From IMG/VR virus record IMGVR_UViG_3300025723_001133, positions 1 through 33,938 of that record: a DNA stretch of 33,938 bases, one strand, 5' to 3'. The stretch comes from a virus (Duplodnaviria; Caudoviricetes). Below are positions 15,962 to 25,022 of this stretch, piece after piece (positions within the stretch are counted from its first letter, which is position 1; every line of letters begins with the position of its first letter). The notes under the pieces are model-generated. The model did no database searches and was not told where the DNA came from. It saw nothing but the letters and a program-made list of their open reading frames with translations. The translations under genes were made by a program, and so were the position numbers.

Positions 15962-16363
15962 TTATTGTTCGAAACTTGGTCTAGCAAATGAAGAAGGATC
16001 AAAATTTGCGTGTTCTACTTTACTGTGTACACCAAACGTATTGTCGCCTGGATCTTCGTCAGTTACCATTAAAATGGCTTTTATATCTGCTCGACGAATA
16101 ACGATTTCATCACCGTTTTCATCTACGACAGTAACGCCACGGGTCCAACGGCCGTGCTCTAGTAAAATCCATTCACCGACTTTGACATCTTCTTGTTCTG
16201 GACCAATAGCCCAGACTCGGCACCATCGATGGCGAATGCCTTCACTTTTACCATCATCGCTTGGTAGCACAATACCGCTAGCGGTTTTGCGTTCTTCAAA
16301 ATTCATATCGGTGACAAGGATATTGTCACGAATTGGAATAATTTTTCCTGTTACTACGTTCAT
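15962..16363 (-). CDS. groES: Co-chaperonin GroES-like protein
   Basis: IIPIRDNILV...KTASGIVLP...VWAIGP...VKVGEWIL...ADIKAILMV matches the Cpn10 pattern, with a C-terminal extension. Confidence 0.85.
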   Translation of the reverse strand: MNVVTGKIIPIRDNILVTDMNFEERKTASGIVLPSDDGKSEGIRHRWCRVWAIGPEQEDVKVGEWILLEHGRWTRGVTVVDENGDEIVIRRADIKAILMVTDEDPGDNTFGVHSKVEHANFDPSSFARPSFEQ

Positions 16364-16698
16364 TCGTTTCCTTCCGGATCCATATCTTTAATTAACTTGG
16401 CTTTTTGAGCCGGAGTTAATGGTTTAGCTGGAACCTCAACCGTTTTAGTTTCAACTACCGGTGTAGCTGGTTGTGCTACTGGCTTGTTGATAGTTTCTGG
16501 AATAACTGTGCTTGCAGGATGTAGTTGTTCACGTTTGGCAATAATTTGACCACCAGGACCAATTTTATCCCCACGTGCGTTTACACTCATATTTCCTACA
16601 GCCAGCGTTAATTCGTTTTGACTGATTAATTTAGTCATATCGATTTCTCTGCCCTTGGCAGTACGATATACTTGTCTTTGTTGTTCTTTTTGTGCCAT
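16360..16698 (-). CDS. Hypothetical phage protein
   Basis: 112 aa, AGGAG SD, coupled to groES; contains AVGNMSVNARGDKIGPGGQII. Confidence 0.78.
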   Translation of the reverse strand: MAQKEQQRQVYRTAKGREIDMTKLISQNELTLAVGNMSVNARGDKIGPGGQIIAKREQLHPASTVIPETINKPVAQPATPVVETKTVEVPAKPLTPAQKAKLIKDMDPEGNE

Positions 16699-16725
16699 CT
16701 TAATCTCCTAGGATTATAGTATTAC

Positions 16726-17235
16726 TTATCTCAGGAATTCCTGCCAGTCTAAATTATATTTGACTGAATCTATTTGATGTACGCCCAATAAGTATAGTAC
16801 AAAACTAGCTACACTTGAGCCACGCCCTACACCCCAAACAATACCATTAGCATTACAAGTATCTACAAAATGCTTAGTCCATTGTAATAATGGAATCATT
16901 CCACGGGTTTCAAATGCGTCCATTTCATCCATAACCCTGTTTCTTTGCTCATCTGTAGTACAGCGTTGTAAACACCATTCTTCTACATCGAACTCTCTGT
17001 ATTCTGGTGGCATAAACCAATCGCTTTGTAGTGCAGAATCAAAATCTGCAATATCAATTGAATCTAATTGCTCGTTGAATCGTTGGAATGTAAATCCAGC
17101 CGTTTGCTCCAACTGTTCAATTTCTTCATTGTAGTCTACAGTGATGTCTTTGATAGTAGTAAGTTTACCCTGATAGAGGGCTCGAAATATATCTACTGAA
17201 TTAAAAATAGGATTACCGAATTGATCTAGGCGCAT
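16726..17235 (-). CDS. dnaE: DNA polymerase III alpha (DnaE)-like fragment, probably part of a split polymerase
   Basis: C-terminus GIVWGVGRGSSVASFVLYLLGVHQIDSVKYNLDWQEFLR matches DnaE GxGRGSAAGSLVAYxLGITxIDPxxYxLLFERFL. It is only 169 aa and ends before the PDxDxD motif. Confidence 0.75.
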   Translation of the reverse strand: MRLDQFGNPIFNSVDIFRALYQGKLTTIKDITVDYNEEIEQLEQTAGFTFQRFNEQLDSIDIADFDSALQSDWFMPPEYREFDVEEWCLQRCTTDEQRNRVMDEMDAFETRGMIPLLQWTKHFVDTCNANGIVWGVGRGSSVASFVLYLLGVHQIDSVKYNLDWQEFLR

Positions 17236-17242
17236 AGCCTAT

Positions 17243-17271
17243 ATTTTAGTTGACTTTAACTAATTTGTCAA
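17243..17271 (-). promoter_or_regulatory. sigma70-type promoter for the DnaE fragment (likely leaderless mRNA)
   Basis: TTGACA (17271-17266), 17 nt, TAAAAT (17248-17243), 7 nt, then ATG; no SD. Confidence 0.7.
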
Positions 17272-17476
17272 GGTTCTTTTCGCTCTTTTGCATTAATTTA
17301 TCCAATGCAAGTTGACGACGTTTGCTCAATTCTGTTTTATATGTTTCTAATAGCATACTCATTTGCTGGCGAACTTCTACATTATAAGTCATAAAATACT
17401 TACGTGTAAGTGAGTTTATCTTTTCTTCCAGTTCGTTATCTTTGAACTGTGACATATCGCCGGCTAATGGGTGCAT
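17246..17476 (-). CDS. Small helical hypothetical protein
   Basis: Start re-assigned to ATG at 17476 (MHPLAGD, TAATG-coupled); 76 aa, coiled-coil-like. Confidence 0.7.
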   Translation of the reverse strand: MHPLAGDMSQFKDNELEEKINSLTRKYFMTYNVEVRQQMSMLLETYKTELSKRRQLALDKLMQKSEKNLDKLVKVN

Positions 17477-18096
17477 TAGTATGTGCCTGCCAATTTTAAA
17501 TAGGCTACAGTATCGCCCAAGTTCCAAGCTTCGATAACATAGGCTGTATTAGCTGTTGCTAGGCTAATAGTAGCATAGCTGTTATTCTGAGCAGGAACTA
17601 GCGTTCCTACATCACTAGCAGAAACTTTAACAGTTCCGCCTGTGTTTTGAATAGTTACAGTTAAATTATTGGAAGTAGGAATTAACATCAAACGTAGTGT
17701 ACTAGAATAAGTAGCACCAGTTGGTGTATTGTTTACAGGCCAACCTGTAATTTGAACGCTAGTACCGCTTTGTGTGATATTAATTTTTTGTGTATTAGCA
17801 TCTGTAAAATTTGCAATTACAGTTGAACCTGGAGCATTTTGTGGAAACAGTACGCTACTATAACTTTTTAATAGTGCATTACTAACAACATTGTTAGCTA
17901 GATTGTTATCTAAACTATCGTTAACAGTTAATTGAGCTTTCAACAATGCCTTAGCCTGCAAATCTGCAAGCTCATCGTGTGCGTTTGATAGCGCAGTATA
18001 GATAGCTTGGAAATTATCACGGAAACCTTGGGTATCATTATCTTGCCCAGGAACTGGGTAATTTGTTGTAATTGTTGAAAAAATTATGTTGCTCAT
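17476..18096 (-). CDS. Putative virion structural (baseplate/tail-associated) protein
   Basis: N-terminal NYPVPGQDNDTQGFRDNF and a helix, followed by a beta-rich Thr/Asn domain; coupled to the baseplate-type gene. Confidence 0.6.
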   Translation of the reverse strand: MSNIIFSTITTNYPVPGQDNDTQGFRDNFQAIYTALSNAHDELADLQAKALLKAQLTVNDSLDNNLANNVVSNALLKSYSSVLFPQNAPGSTVIANFTDANTQKINITQSGTSVQITGWPVNNTPTGATYSSTLRLMLIPTSNNLTVTIQNTGGTVKVSASDVGTLVPAQNNSYATISLATANTAYVIEAWNLGDTVAYLKLAGTY

Positions 18097-20378
18097 ACTG
18101 TTATCCTATCGTTTTTGAATACTAGATATTTATCGCCGTAAACCACGTCACCTTGTGAATTTAGTACAGCGTTTATTGTATATCTATCTACTGTATAATC
18201 TAATGCTTTGAAATCAAACCCGCTTAATTTAATAGCGGTAATAATGGTGTCTGCTGTGCCAGGTTTGCAAAAACACAACGGAACAGCCAGAGTGTAACCT
18301 AATTGTTCTTTTTGCCCAGATCCTATACTACGCATCCATAAGGGCAAATAGTTACGTTCGCTTAATCCAACCTGTGCTAAACGGTATCTCCAATTGGAAA
18401 TACTGTTAGGAAAATACTCATTGGTATTAGGGCTACTTACTTCATACCCTGTGCTATCAACACCAATAGTCTGATCAATAGTTATAGTATCTTTATATCT
18501 AGTGTTGGATTTAATCATTTCTGGCAAGTGTACGCCATTAGGTTCTAACGGATCTAGCATTTGAACATAGATAACTTCATACACTTCGGCCTGTGTTGTC
18601 GGATCATTTGCCACAGCTTTCATAACACTACCAAACTGGAAACGCTTCTTCTTATTATTTAGACCCATTGCGCCTACATACGCAGCTGCAACTTCTGTTT
18701 GAATGCCAGCATATACTAACATTGTTAATCCAGATTGTAGACCAAAGTTTGTATCGTTAGGTCTATAAATGCTACCAGGTGTGAAGATACTAGTGTTGTT
18801 GATAAAATCGTGCCATAGCAAACGCTGACTAGGTACTAGCATTGGTTTAGTTACAATGTTGCTGTATGTTGTAGTATTAGGTTCGCTGATTGTTACTGTG
18901 AATGTTCTAGTTACAGCACTATATCCAAACTGGTTTGATGCTGTGATACTAAAGGTATACTTTCTTTCAAACGTAGTTGTTGCGTGGTCGAAAGTTGTGG
19001 TGCCACCGTCGAACGTAGTTAGTCCTAATTGTCCAGTAGCGGCATCATAAAACTGATTAGGAGTTCCAATAATTTCACCGTCTGGATTTAGTGTTAACCC
19101 AATAGGCAACTTGCCAGAAGTTAATTCATACACAACAACATCGTTAGCCAAGTTTGAACTAGCATTAACAGCTAAGGTAGTAATATAGTTTGCTGGGATT
19201 GTTCCTAAGTTACTAGGTGTGTTCCAAGTAATTTCACTGTTGATAGAACCAAGTATCAACATTGTAAATGTTTTAGAAGCTGTTACACTATCGTTTCCAT
19301 CTAAGCGTGTTGCTGTAATTGTAAACGAATAGCTCTTAGTAACGCTTGGTTGGTATGGAACAACTCCATACAAATCTCCAGTGTTAGCATCAAATTGTAA
19401 TCCTGGAGGTAATTGGCTTGCATCTACAATAGCAAACTCTACATCGCTAGAGTCATACAATGCCATTGGTACTGTGATATAATTGTTAGATCTAAACGCA
19501 CCTAAGTTGCTGTCAGTAATCCAAACTGGTGAACGTACAAAACTAGCATCGGCACTAAACTCACCGGCTAGTCCATCTAGTGTAGTTGAGTCAGCGTGGA
19601 AGTCATCTGTACCTACAACAAATATTCTAAAAATTCTTTGAGTAAGATTAACACCGTCGCTTAGTGTAACTTTAAATTGATAATTGGCACTTAAACTTTG
19701 CGGCTGGCTTGTTGGAGTATTAAAATCGTAAAACACTCCATCGTATACATAACTGTCGTAACCATCTGTAGGAGTTTTACCAAAGTCAAACGCAACTACG
19801 TCAAACAAACTTTCGTCAAATGTTCCAAGTCCGTCAGACTTGCTGATGATTAAACGTGGTTCAATAAACCCTTGTATCAAACCAGTTGAGGACATTGTTA
19901 GTCCAGGAGGCAATGCTCCGTCACCGTCTGCAATAAAATAAGTTAAAGGCTGACCAGTAGTAGTATTATAATCGTATGCTTCCAGTTGATATTTTACATA
20001 CGTGCTGTCCAACACATATAGTTGACCGCCTAGGCCTATTGGCAAATCTCCAGCATCTGTAATGAACTCCGGTCTTGCCGTAGTATAAACATTCATAGTA
20101 AATGTTCTATCAGCAATTTCAGTTATGTGATTAACTGTGCGACTAGCTCTTATGCAGAATGTAAATTTAAGATTATTTGTTACTAGAAAAGGTGTACCAG
20201 TAATATGATTACCACGAATGGCTAAACCATTTGGCAAACTGCCAGATATTAACTTATAAGTTACACCGCTATCATCGGTTACTGGTAATGCTAGACCTGT
20301 TGGAGGACTTAGAGTAATTCCTTCTTCGAAACTACCTAAACTGTATCCTGATGATTGTGTCCATACGTTTAATGACAT
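18093..20378 (-). CDS. Baseplate wedge-like structural protein with putative Ig-like repeats
   Basis: Four repeats of the type (S)GxLPxGLx(L)xxxGxIxGxP...Y/FxFxITA; C-terminal YLPLWMRS...AVPLCFCKPG. Confidence 0.65.
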   Translation of the reverse strand: MSLNVWTQSSGYSLGSFEEGITLSPPTGLALPVTDDSGVTYKLISGSLPNGLAIRGNHITGTPFLVTNNLKFTFCIRASRTVNHITEIADRTFTMNVYTTARPEFITDAGDLPIGLGGQLYVLDSTYVKYQLEAYDYNTTTGQPLTYFIADGDGALPPGLTMSSTGLIQGFIEPRLIISKSDGLGTFDESLFDVVAFDFGKTPTDGYDSYVYDGVFYDFNTPTSQPQSLSANYQFKVTLSDGVNLTQRIFRIFVVGTDDFHADSTTLDGLAGEFSADASFVRSPVWITDSNLGAFRSNNYITVPMALYDSSDVEFAIVDASQLPPGLQFDANTGDLYGVVPYQPSVTKSYSFTITATRLDGNDSVTASKTFTMLILGSINSEITWNTPSNLGTIPANYITTLAVNASSNLANDVVVYELTSGKLPIGLTLNPDGEIIGTPNQFYDAATGQLGLTTFDGGTTTFDHATTTFERKYTFSITASNQFGYSAVTRTFTVTISEPNTTTYSNIVTKPMLVPSQRLLWHDFINNTSIFTPGSIYRPNDTNFGLQSGLTMLVYAGIQTEVAAAYVGAMGLNNKKKRFQFGSVMKAVANDPTTQAEVYEVIYVQMLDPLEPNGVHLPEMIKSNTRYKDTITIDQTIGVDSTGYEVSSPNTNEYFPNSISNWRYRLAQVGLSERNYLPLWMRSIGSGQKEQLGYTLAVPLCFCKPGTADTIITAIKLSGFDFKALDYTVDRYTINAVLNSQGDVVYGDKYLVFKNDRITV

Positions 20379-20392
20379 AGTGATTTGATCAA

Positions 20393-20950
20393 TTAGATTG
20401 ATCCAAAATCTAATAAATTAGAAATTTGTGGACCGTTAATTGTCCCCATATCAAGGTCGTAGCCGAATGGATTAGCTACACTAGTTCCTGATGGAACTAA
20501 GATGGATCCTAACTCTATGCTGAAAGCATTTGATTGGATTAATAATTCTACTAGTGCGTTAAGGATGCTTACGTTGTATCCGTTAACAGTAGAAGTAATG
20601 TTACCTCCGCCGATAGTAAAATTATTTTGATTTAAATTCCCGCCTAGCGTAGGATTTGAATCTGTATGTAAGCGAGTGTTAGCTCTTAAGTCAACTGTAG
20701 TGCTACCTGGCACAATAGTAACTGTGTTATCAATGCTGGTTAAAGTTTTAAATTCTAAGTTAAGATTATTTCTTTGTGCAAAAATACCAGCGGCATTGTT
20801 GCCGTCTGCAACTAAGTTATGTCCGTTGCTGATATTAACTGAGCCGTATAGCTCGTCAAAATTAGCCTGTACTTTGCTGAACGCTGTACGGAGATCATCA
20901 CCCGTGCCGTCGTTTGCATATTGACCAAAATTAATAGTCTGCTTTGTCAT
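20393..20950 (-). CDS. Baseplate/tail-fibre connector-like protein (T4 gp9/gp10-type N-terminus)
   Basis: N-terminal QTINFGQYANDGTGDDLRTAFSKVQANFDELY; C-terminal LDMGTI and LDFGSI motifs. Confidence 0.65.
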   Translation of the reverse strand: MTKQTINFGQYANDGTGDDLRTAFSKVQANFDELYGSVNISNGHNLVADGNNAAGIFAQRNNLNLEFKTLTSIDNTVTIVPGSTTVDLRANTRLHTDSNPTLGGNLNQNNFTIGGGNITSTVNGYNVSILNALVELLIQSNAFSIELGSILVPSGTSVANPFGYDLDMGTINGPQISNLLDFGSI

Positions 20951-20968
20951 AATCCGCTCTCTTTAATA

Positions 20969-20974
20969 TATTTA
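20969..20974 (-). promoter_or_regulatory. Putative late promoter core TAAATA for the baseplate genes
   Basis: AAACCAGCTAAATA, identical to the 14-mer at 13829-13842, 18 nt upstream of the ATG at 20950. Confidence 0.55.
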
Positions 20975-21676
20975 GCTGGTTTTAATCTTTGCTAAACCTA
21001 CGATGCTTAATACACGTATATAAAACCAACCAATATCAAATTCCCAAGGTTTACGACTAAACTTAGGACTAGCCGGATCTAAATGATGATTGTTGTGTAG
21101 TTCTTCGCCGCCGATTAAAATCCCAATAGGACTTACGTTTCTAGAATGATCTTTAGTCTCGCCGTTGCGATAACCCCACCAATGCCCGATGCCGTTAATA
21201 AATCCAGCAGCCCAGAATGGAATCCAAATCATCTGTACTCCCCACACTAGAAACCCCCATAGTCCAAATAATAACAAGTCTATGACTAACATTAAGAGAA
21301 TACCATAGCGGTGATATCTAGTGTAGAAAATTTCTGCTCGATCTTTAGGAGTACCTACACCGTACTTGATGACAAAATTAGGATCTTTAGTTGCTTCGTG
21401 ATATAAACTCCATCCGCCAAATATTAGTCTCCATATTCCAAATATGTGCGGACTATGAGGATCGCCTTCTACATCAGTTGTTTGATGGTGCTTGCGATGT
21501 ACAGCAACCCAGGCTTTAGTGGTCATACCAGTTGTTAACCATAACCAGCAACGGAAAAAATGGTTCAACGCCGGATGGAATTCTACGCCTCTGTGTGCTT
21601 GACTACGATGTAGATAAAGTGTAACACTAACAATGGTTAAATGTGTGAATAGTAAGGTAATTAGTATAATGTTCAT
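20972..21676 (-). CDS. Membrane fatty acid desaturase (delta-9 type)
   Basis: Three His boxes (HRSQAH, HRKHH, HNNHH), GDPHSP, hydrophobic segments and WEFDIGW. Confidence 0.9.
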   Translation of the reverse strand: MNIILITLLFTHLTIVSVTLYLHRSQAHRGVEFHPALNHFFRCWLWLTTGMTTKAWVAVHRKHHQTTDVEGDPHSPHIFGIWRLIFGGWSLYHEATKDPNFVIKYGVGTPKDRAEIFYTRYHRYGILLMLVIDLLLFGLWGFLVWGVQMIWIPFWAAGFINGIGHWWGYRNGETKDHSRNVSPIGILIGGEELHNNHHLDPASPKFSRKPWEFDIGWFYIRVLSIVGLAKIKTS

Positions 21677-21694
21677 AGTTTTACTTATGACACA

Positions 21695-22483
21695 TTAAGG
21701 ATTAGTTACTGAAGTAATGATCCAAAAGTCACTGCTCATACTAGCATTATTTGTAACAGCATAAGGCATATAGAAATAGCCGTGATCGCCCCAACTAACA
21801 CCCCAGCTGTTGCGGCAAATTAAACGTCCGCCGTTCAAATTATCATCGTATCCGACTACTGCTACAGCGTGTCCGCCTAGCAGCTGTTCACCAGCTTGCG
21901 GATAAGGCATCATACCTGTTGTTGTGTTAGCGTGACCTTCAAAACTAGCATACACGTCAAAACCAATAACTACTGGGTATCCTTGATTTAGTGCTGTCTT
22001 GATGCCTGTTGTTTGAGTTGTAATCTTTTGGTAAGCGCCTGCCTTACGTTTTGCGGCATCTGTGTAGGCTGCTGTACTTGGCCGAGTAGAAAATCTACTA
22101 ATAATATATGGCCATACGCTTTCTAATGGAGCACCATATTGGTTAACTGCTTTGATGCCATCACGAATGTAAGCACCGCTATCATAATTAACTGTACCTT
22201 CTATTAAGCGTTCTTGATAATAGATAAACAATCGACTAACAGTTAAATTTTTACTAGCTTTCTTGTCTAGCAAATCAATTATACCGGCAATAGCGTTTCC
22301 AGTACACGATCCTAACTGTCCCTGATCTTGTATAGGACTGTCGTAGTTACGTAGGTCTACTCTAGCAGGTAGTGTAGCAGGAACTGTGCCTAGTTTAGCA
22401 GGATCATAGATATGATCTCGTGCGTCTACTGGTTCACGTTTCCAGTGATATTTCGGTATTGATGGTATTTTTAATCCTGGCAT
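21695..22483 (-). CDS. Papain-family (C1A) cysteine peptidase
   Basis: QDQGQLGSCTGNA (oxyanion Gln, catalytic Cys), GGHAVAVVGY (His), RNSWGVSWGDHGY (Asn). Confidence 0.92.
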   Translation of the reverse strand: MPGLKIPSIPKYHWKREPVDARDHIYDPAKLGTVPATLPARVDLRNYDSPIQDQGQLGSCTGNAIAGIIDLLDKKASKNLTVSRLFIYYQERLIEGTVNYDSGAYIRDGIKAVNQYGAPLESVWPYIISRFSTRPSTAAYTDAAKRKAGAYQKITTQTTGIKTALNQGYPVVIGFDVYASFEGHANTTTGMMPYPQAGEQLLGGHAVAVVGYDDNLNGGRLICRNSWGVSWGDHGYFYMPYAVTNNASMSSDFWIITSVTNP

Positions 22484-22495
22484 AATGGTTCCTTG

Positions 22496-25012
22496 TTACC
22501 AATAGTAAGTATAAGTTTCGCCTGTAGTGCTTCCTGACAGACCTGTGGCATCGTATGTTATTAAACGACCGTACGGTGCTGGAGCATTCGATACTACAGT
22601 TCTAACACCGAAGCCTGCCATAGTGCTAGTGATTGAAGCTCCCACAGGAACAGTTTCAGTGCTTTGTGTATTACCAAATACATAGGTAATGTTACCTACT
22701 GTAGTTCCGTTATTGTCGCTTAATGTACTTGCTATATGTGGATAATCAACAGCAAATTGAACGCCGCTATAAATTAGTTGGTGACCTTGTACGCTACCAA
22801 ATAATGAATCCTGAGTTGGTGTCATTATTAGTTGTGTATTAGAATCTGTTGTTGGCGGATGCGAAGTTGTTGCTGGATCAAACGAAGTTCCGGTATAACG
22901 TGCTATATTGCTGATGCGTATATCTGTTAACTCTCCGTTAAATGGAGTAGCACTATTAGTCGAAATTGTACCTGCCTTACCGATATACAAATCGTCTGCG
23001 CCGTTAGTAAAATTAATATTTAAATCAGGATGATCATAAACTTTCTGTCCGTCAACATACCCTCTCACGTGACCGCTATCACTGCTGATAGCTATATGAG
23101 ACCAAACACCTGCGTGTGGTGAAGGAATAGTAAAGCCAGCATATGAGTTAGCAAAATTAATGTTGCCACCGTTTACATACTCTACATCTAAGTTATTCCA
23201 ACCGTTGTTATTCTGCACGTTTAAATCAGTATTTTGACTCAAGACAGTTAACTGATCACCGGGTGCTCCGTTAACTCCTGGAATAATTGTTGGCTTAGAC
23301 CAGAATTCAATAGTCCAAGTTGTGCCCAATGCCCATTGTGAATTAGTATTGTTGCTTAATCGAGTAGTGGTCAATGCGCCAGCTGAGCCACCCGGATCTA
23401 TGGTTATAGTCCAATATGGATCATTGTCAACTACGTTAGTGATAGTTCTCCAATTTGGATCATATGCGGCAGTTGTCCATTTCCAACCAACTTGTGGTTG
23501 AGGATAGTCACCTTTTAATATATTAACTTGATTTGAACTATTGTATGCTAGATTTGGAATATCAGGGTATATAGTATTGGTTAATTGAAAGTGACCACCG
23601 TCTCCAACAAACAAGTACGTAACTGGAGCTCTTGTACCTGTGCTAGTATCATTAATTGTAATGTAGTCGCTGGTTAATACTACTGTTCCACTTGTGCTAC
23701 CAGTTCTTACTTGAACTTTGAAAAATTGGGCACCTTCTGTTAATCCATCTGCTAGCGGGCTTACTGTAAATGAACCTGCACTGCTGGCAATATTAAAGCT
23801 GCCTGAGGTTACACCAAAGTCTGTTGGATCCGCAGTGTTGCCAAGGAATGGATCAAAATCAATAGTCCAGTACAATGTTGTGCCATCTGGTACATTAGCA
23901 GTTGTTACGTTTACTGTTATTGAACTACCTTCATCTACACTTAGATCGTATGCGCCAAAACTGTAGGTTGGAGGTAGGTATCTGCTCTTGGTATTGTTGT
24001 ACTCGTTGGCAACATCCGAATCAGTTAAGGCAAAGTTCCACATTTTAACTTCACCCACCGAGCCTGTAAAGAAGTCGTGTATGCCGTACCCGTCACCGTA
24101 AGCACCAATGACTAGAGGATTATTGTTCCTTCCTAGTGTCAGGCCCGAATGTTGACCTAGTTGAGTGCCATTTAGATACAATGTCACGTGACTAACATCT
24201 ACGCTGGCTGTAACGTGATACCAATGGTTGGCTTGTATAGCACCTCCGCTGGAAACTTCTGTGTTGGTCCAACTATTGCCACTACTACTAGTAGCCCAGC
24301 TTAGAGAACCATCTCCGCCTATTCTTAGATTATAGCATAGTTCTTTAGCTAATATAGTCTGTGTAGCACCAATGGCTGGAGATTTAATCCAAGCACTGAT
24401 TGTGACGCTTTGATAGTTTGAATAAGTTAAATCTGGCAATTGAACTCGTGCACCTACGTTGGCATCAAGCAGTAGTGTTCCACCGTAGTCAGCGGATTTT
24501 GTAGCATAATATCCTAGTCCATTAAGGCCAAATTCACCTGTGTCAGGACAGTTAAACGGAGCACCAAAACTCATAGTAGTATCTGTAATATTAGCTGGAT
24601 CAATATCAAATACTAAAGAAGTACTTGGAGTTGTGCTGGTGTCATTGACAGTATATGGTCCAAAACTACCGTATTCAGCACCGCCCTGTGTGGAGCCAAG
24701 CCAAATACTATAGTTCCAACTGCCCGAGGTAACGTGGTTAGCTTTGGGATGGATTTGAAAAATACTAAAATTAGATCCATATAATTGTGAATAACCGTCA
24801 GTTGCGCCAGTAAAGTTAAATCGATCACAAGTATTGATATCGTAGGCTATAGACCAATATACAGTTTCTCCGTTAAAATTACTGTAGTTATAATAGACAT
24901 ATACTGTAGCACCTTCGTTGGCTGTAGCATCCGATATGTGGTCAAATGTCACAGTGGGAGGCGGTAGAGACCCTCCTGCTGTTGCTACTATTGCTTGTTG
25001 AATAGCTGACAT
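22496..25012 (-). CDS. Tail-associated adhesin with two LamG/ConA-like domains and Ig/Calx-beta-like domains
   Basis: TISAWIK...WYHVTA...LYLNG...FTGSVGEVKMWNFALT and WTIEFW...WSHIAI...YVDG...FNGELTDIRISNIARY; two (N/D)EG...YW(S/T)I Ig-like units. Confidence 0.75.
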   Translation of the reverse strand: MSAIQQAIVATAGGSLPPPTVTFDHISDATANEGATVYVYYNYSNFNGETVYWSIAYDINTCDRFNFTGATDGYSQLYGSNFSIFQIHPKANHVTSGSWNYSIWLGSTQGGAEYGSFGPYTVNDTSTTPSTSLVFDIDPANITDTTMSFGAPFNCPDTGEFGLNGLGYYATKSADYGGTLLLDANVGARVQLPDLTYSNYQSVTISAWIKSPAIGATQTILAKELCYNLRIGGDGSLSWATSSSGNSWTNTEVSSGGAIQANHWYHVTASVDVSHVTLYLNGTQLGQHSGLTLGRNNNPLVIGAYGDGYGIHDFFTGSVGEVKMWNFALTDSDVANEYNNTKSRYLPPTYSFGAYDLSVDEGSSITVNVTTANVPDGTTLYWTIDFDPFLGNTADPTDFGVTSGSFNIASSAGSFTVSPLADGLTEGAQFFKVQVRTGSTSGTVVLTSDYITINDTSTGTRAPVTYLFVGDGGHFQLTNTIYPDIPNLAYNSSNQVNILKGDYPQPQVGWKWTTAAYDPNWRTITNVVDNDPYWTITIDPGGSAGALTTTRLSNNTNSQWALGTTWTIEFWSKPTIIPGVNGAPGDQLTVLSQNTDLNVQNNNGWNNLDVEYVNGGNINFANSYAGFTIPSPHAGVWSHIAISSDSGHVRGYVDGQKVYDHPDLNINFTNGADDLYIGKAGTISTNSATPFNGELTDIRISNIARYTGTSFDPATTSHPPTTDSNTQLIMTPTQDSLFGSVQGHQLIYSGVQFAVDYPHIASTLSDNNGTTVGNITYVFGNTQSTETVPVGASITSTMAGFGVRTVVSNAPAPYGRLITYDATGLSGSTTGETYTYYW

Positions 25013-25022
25013 ATTTTAATCC

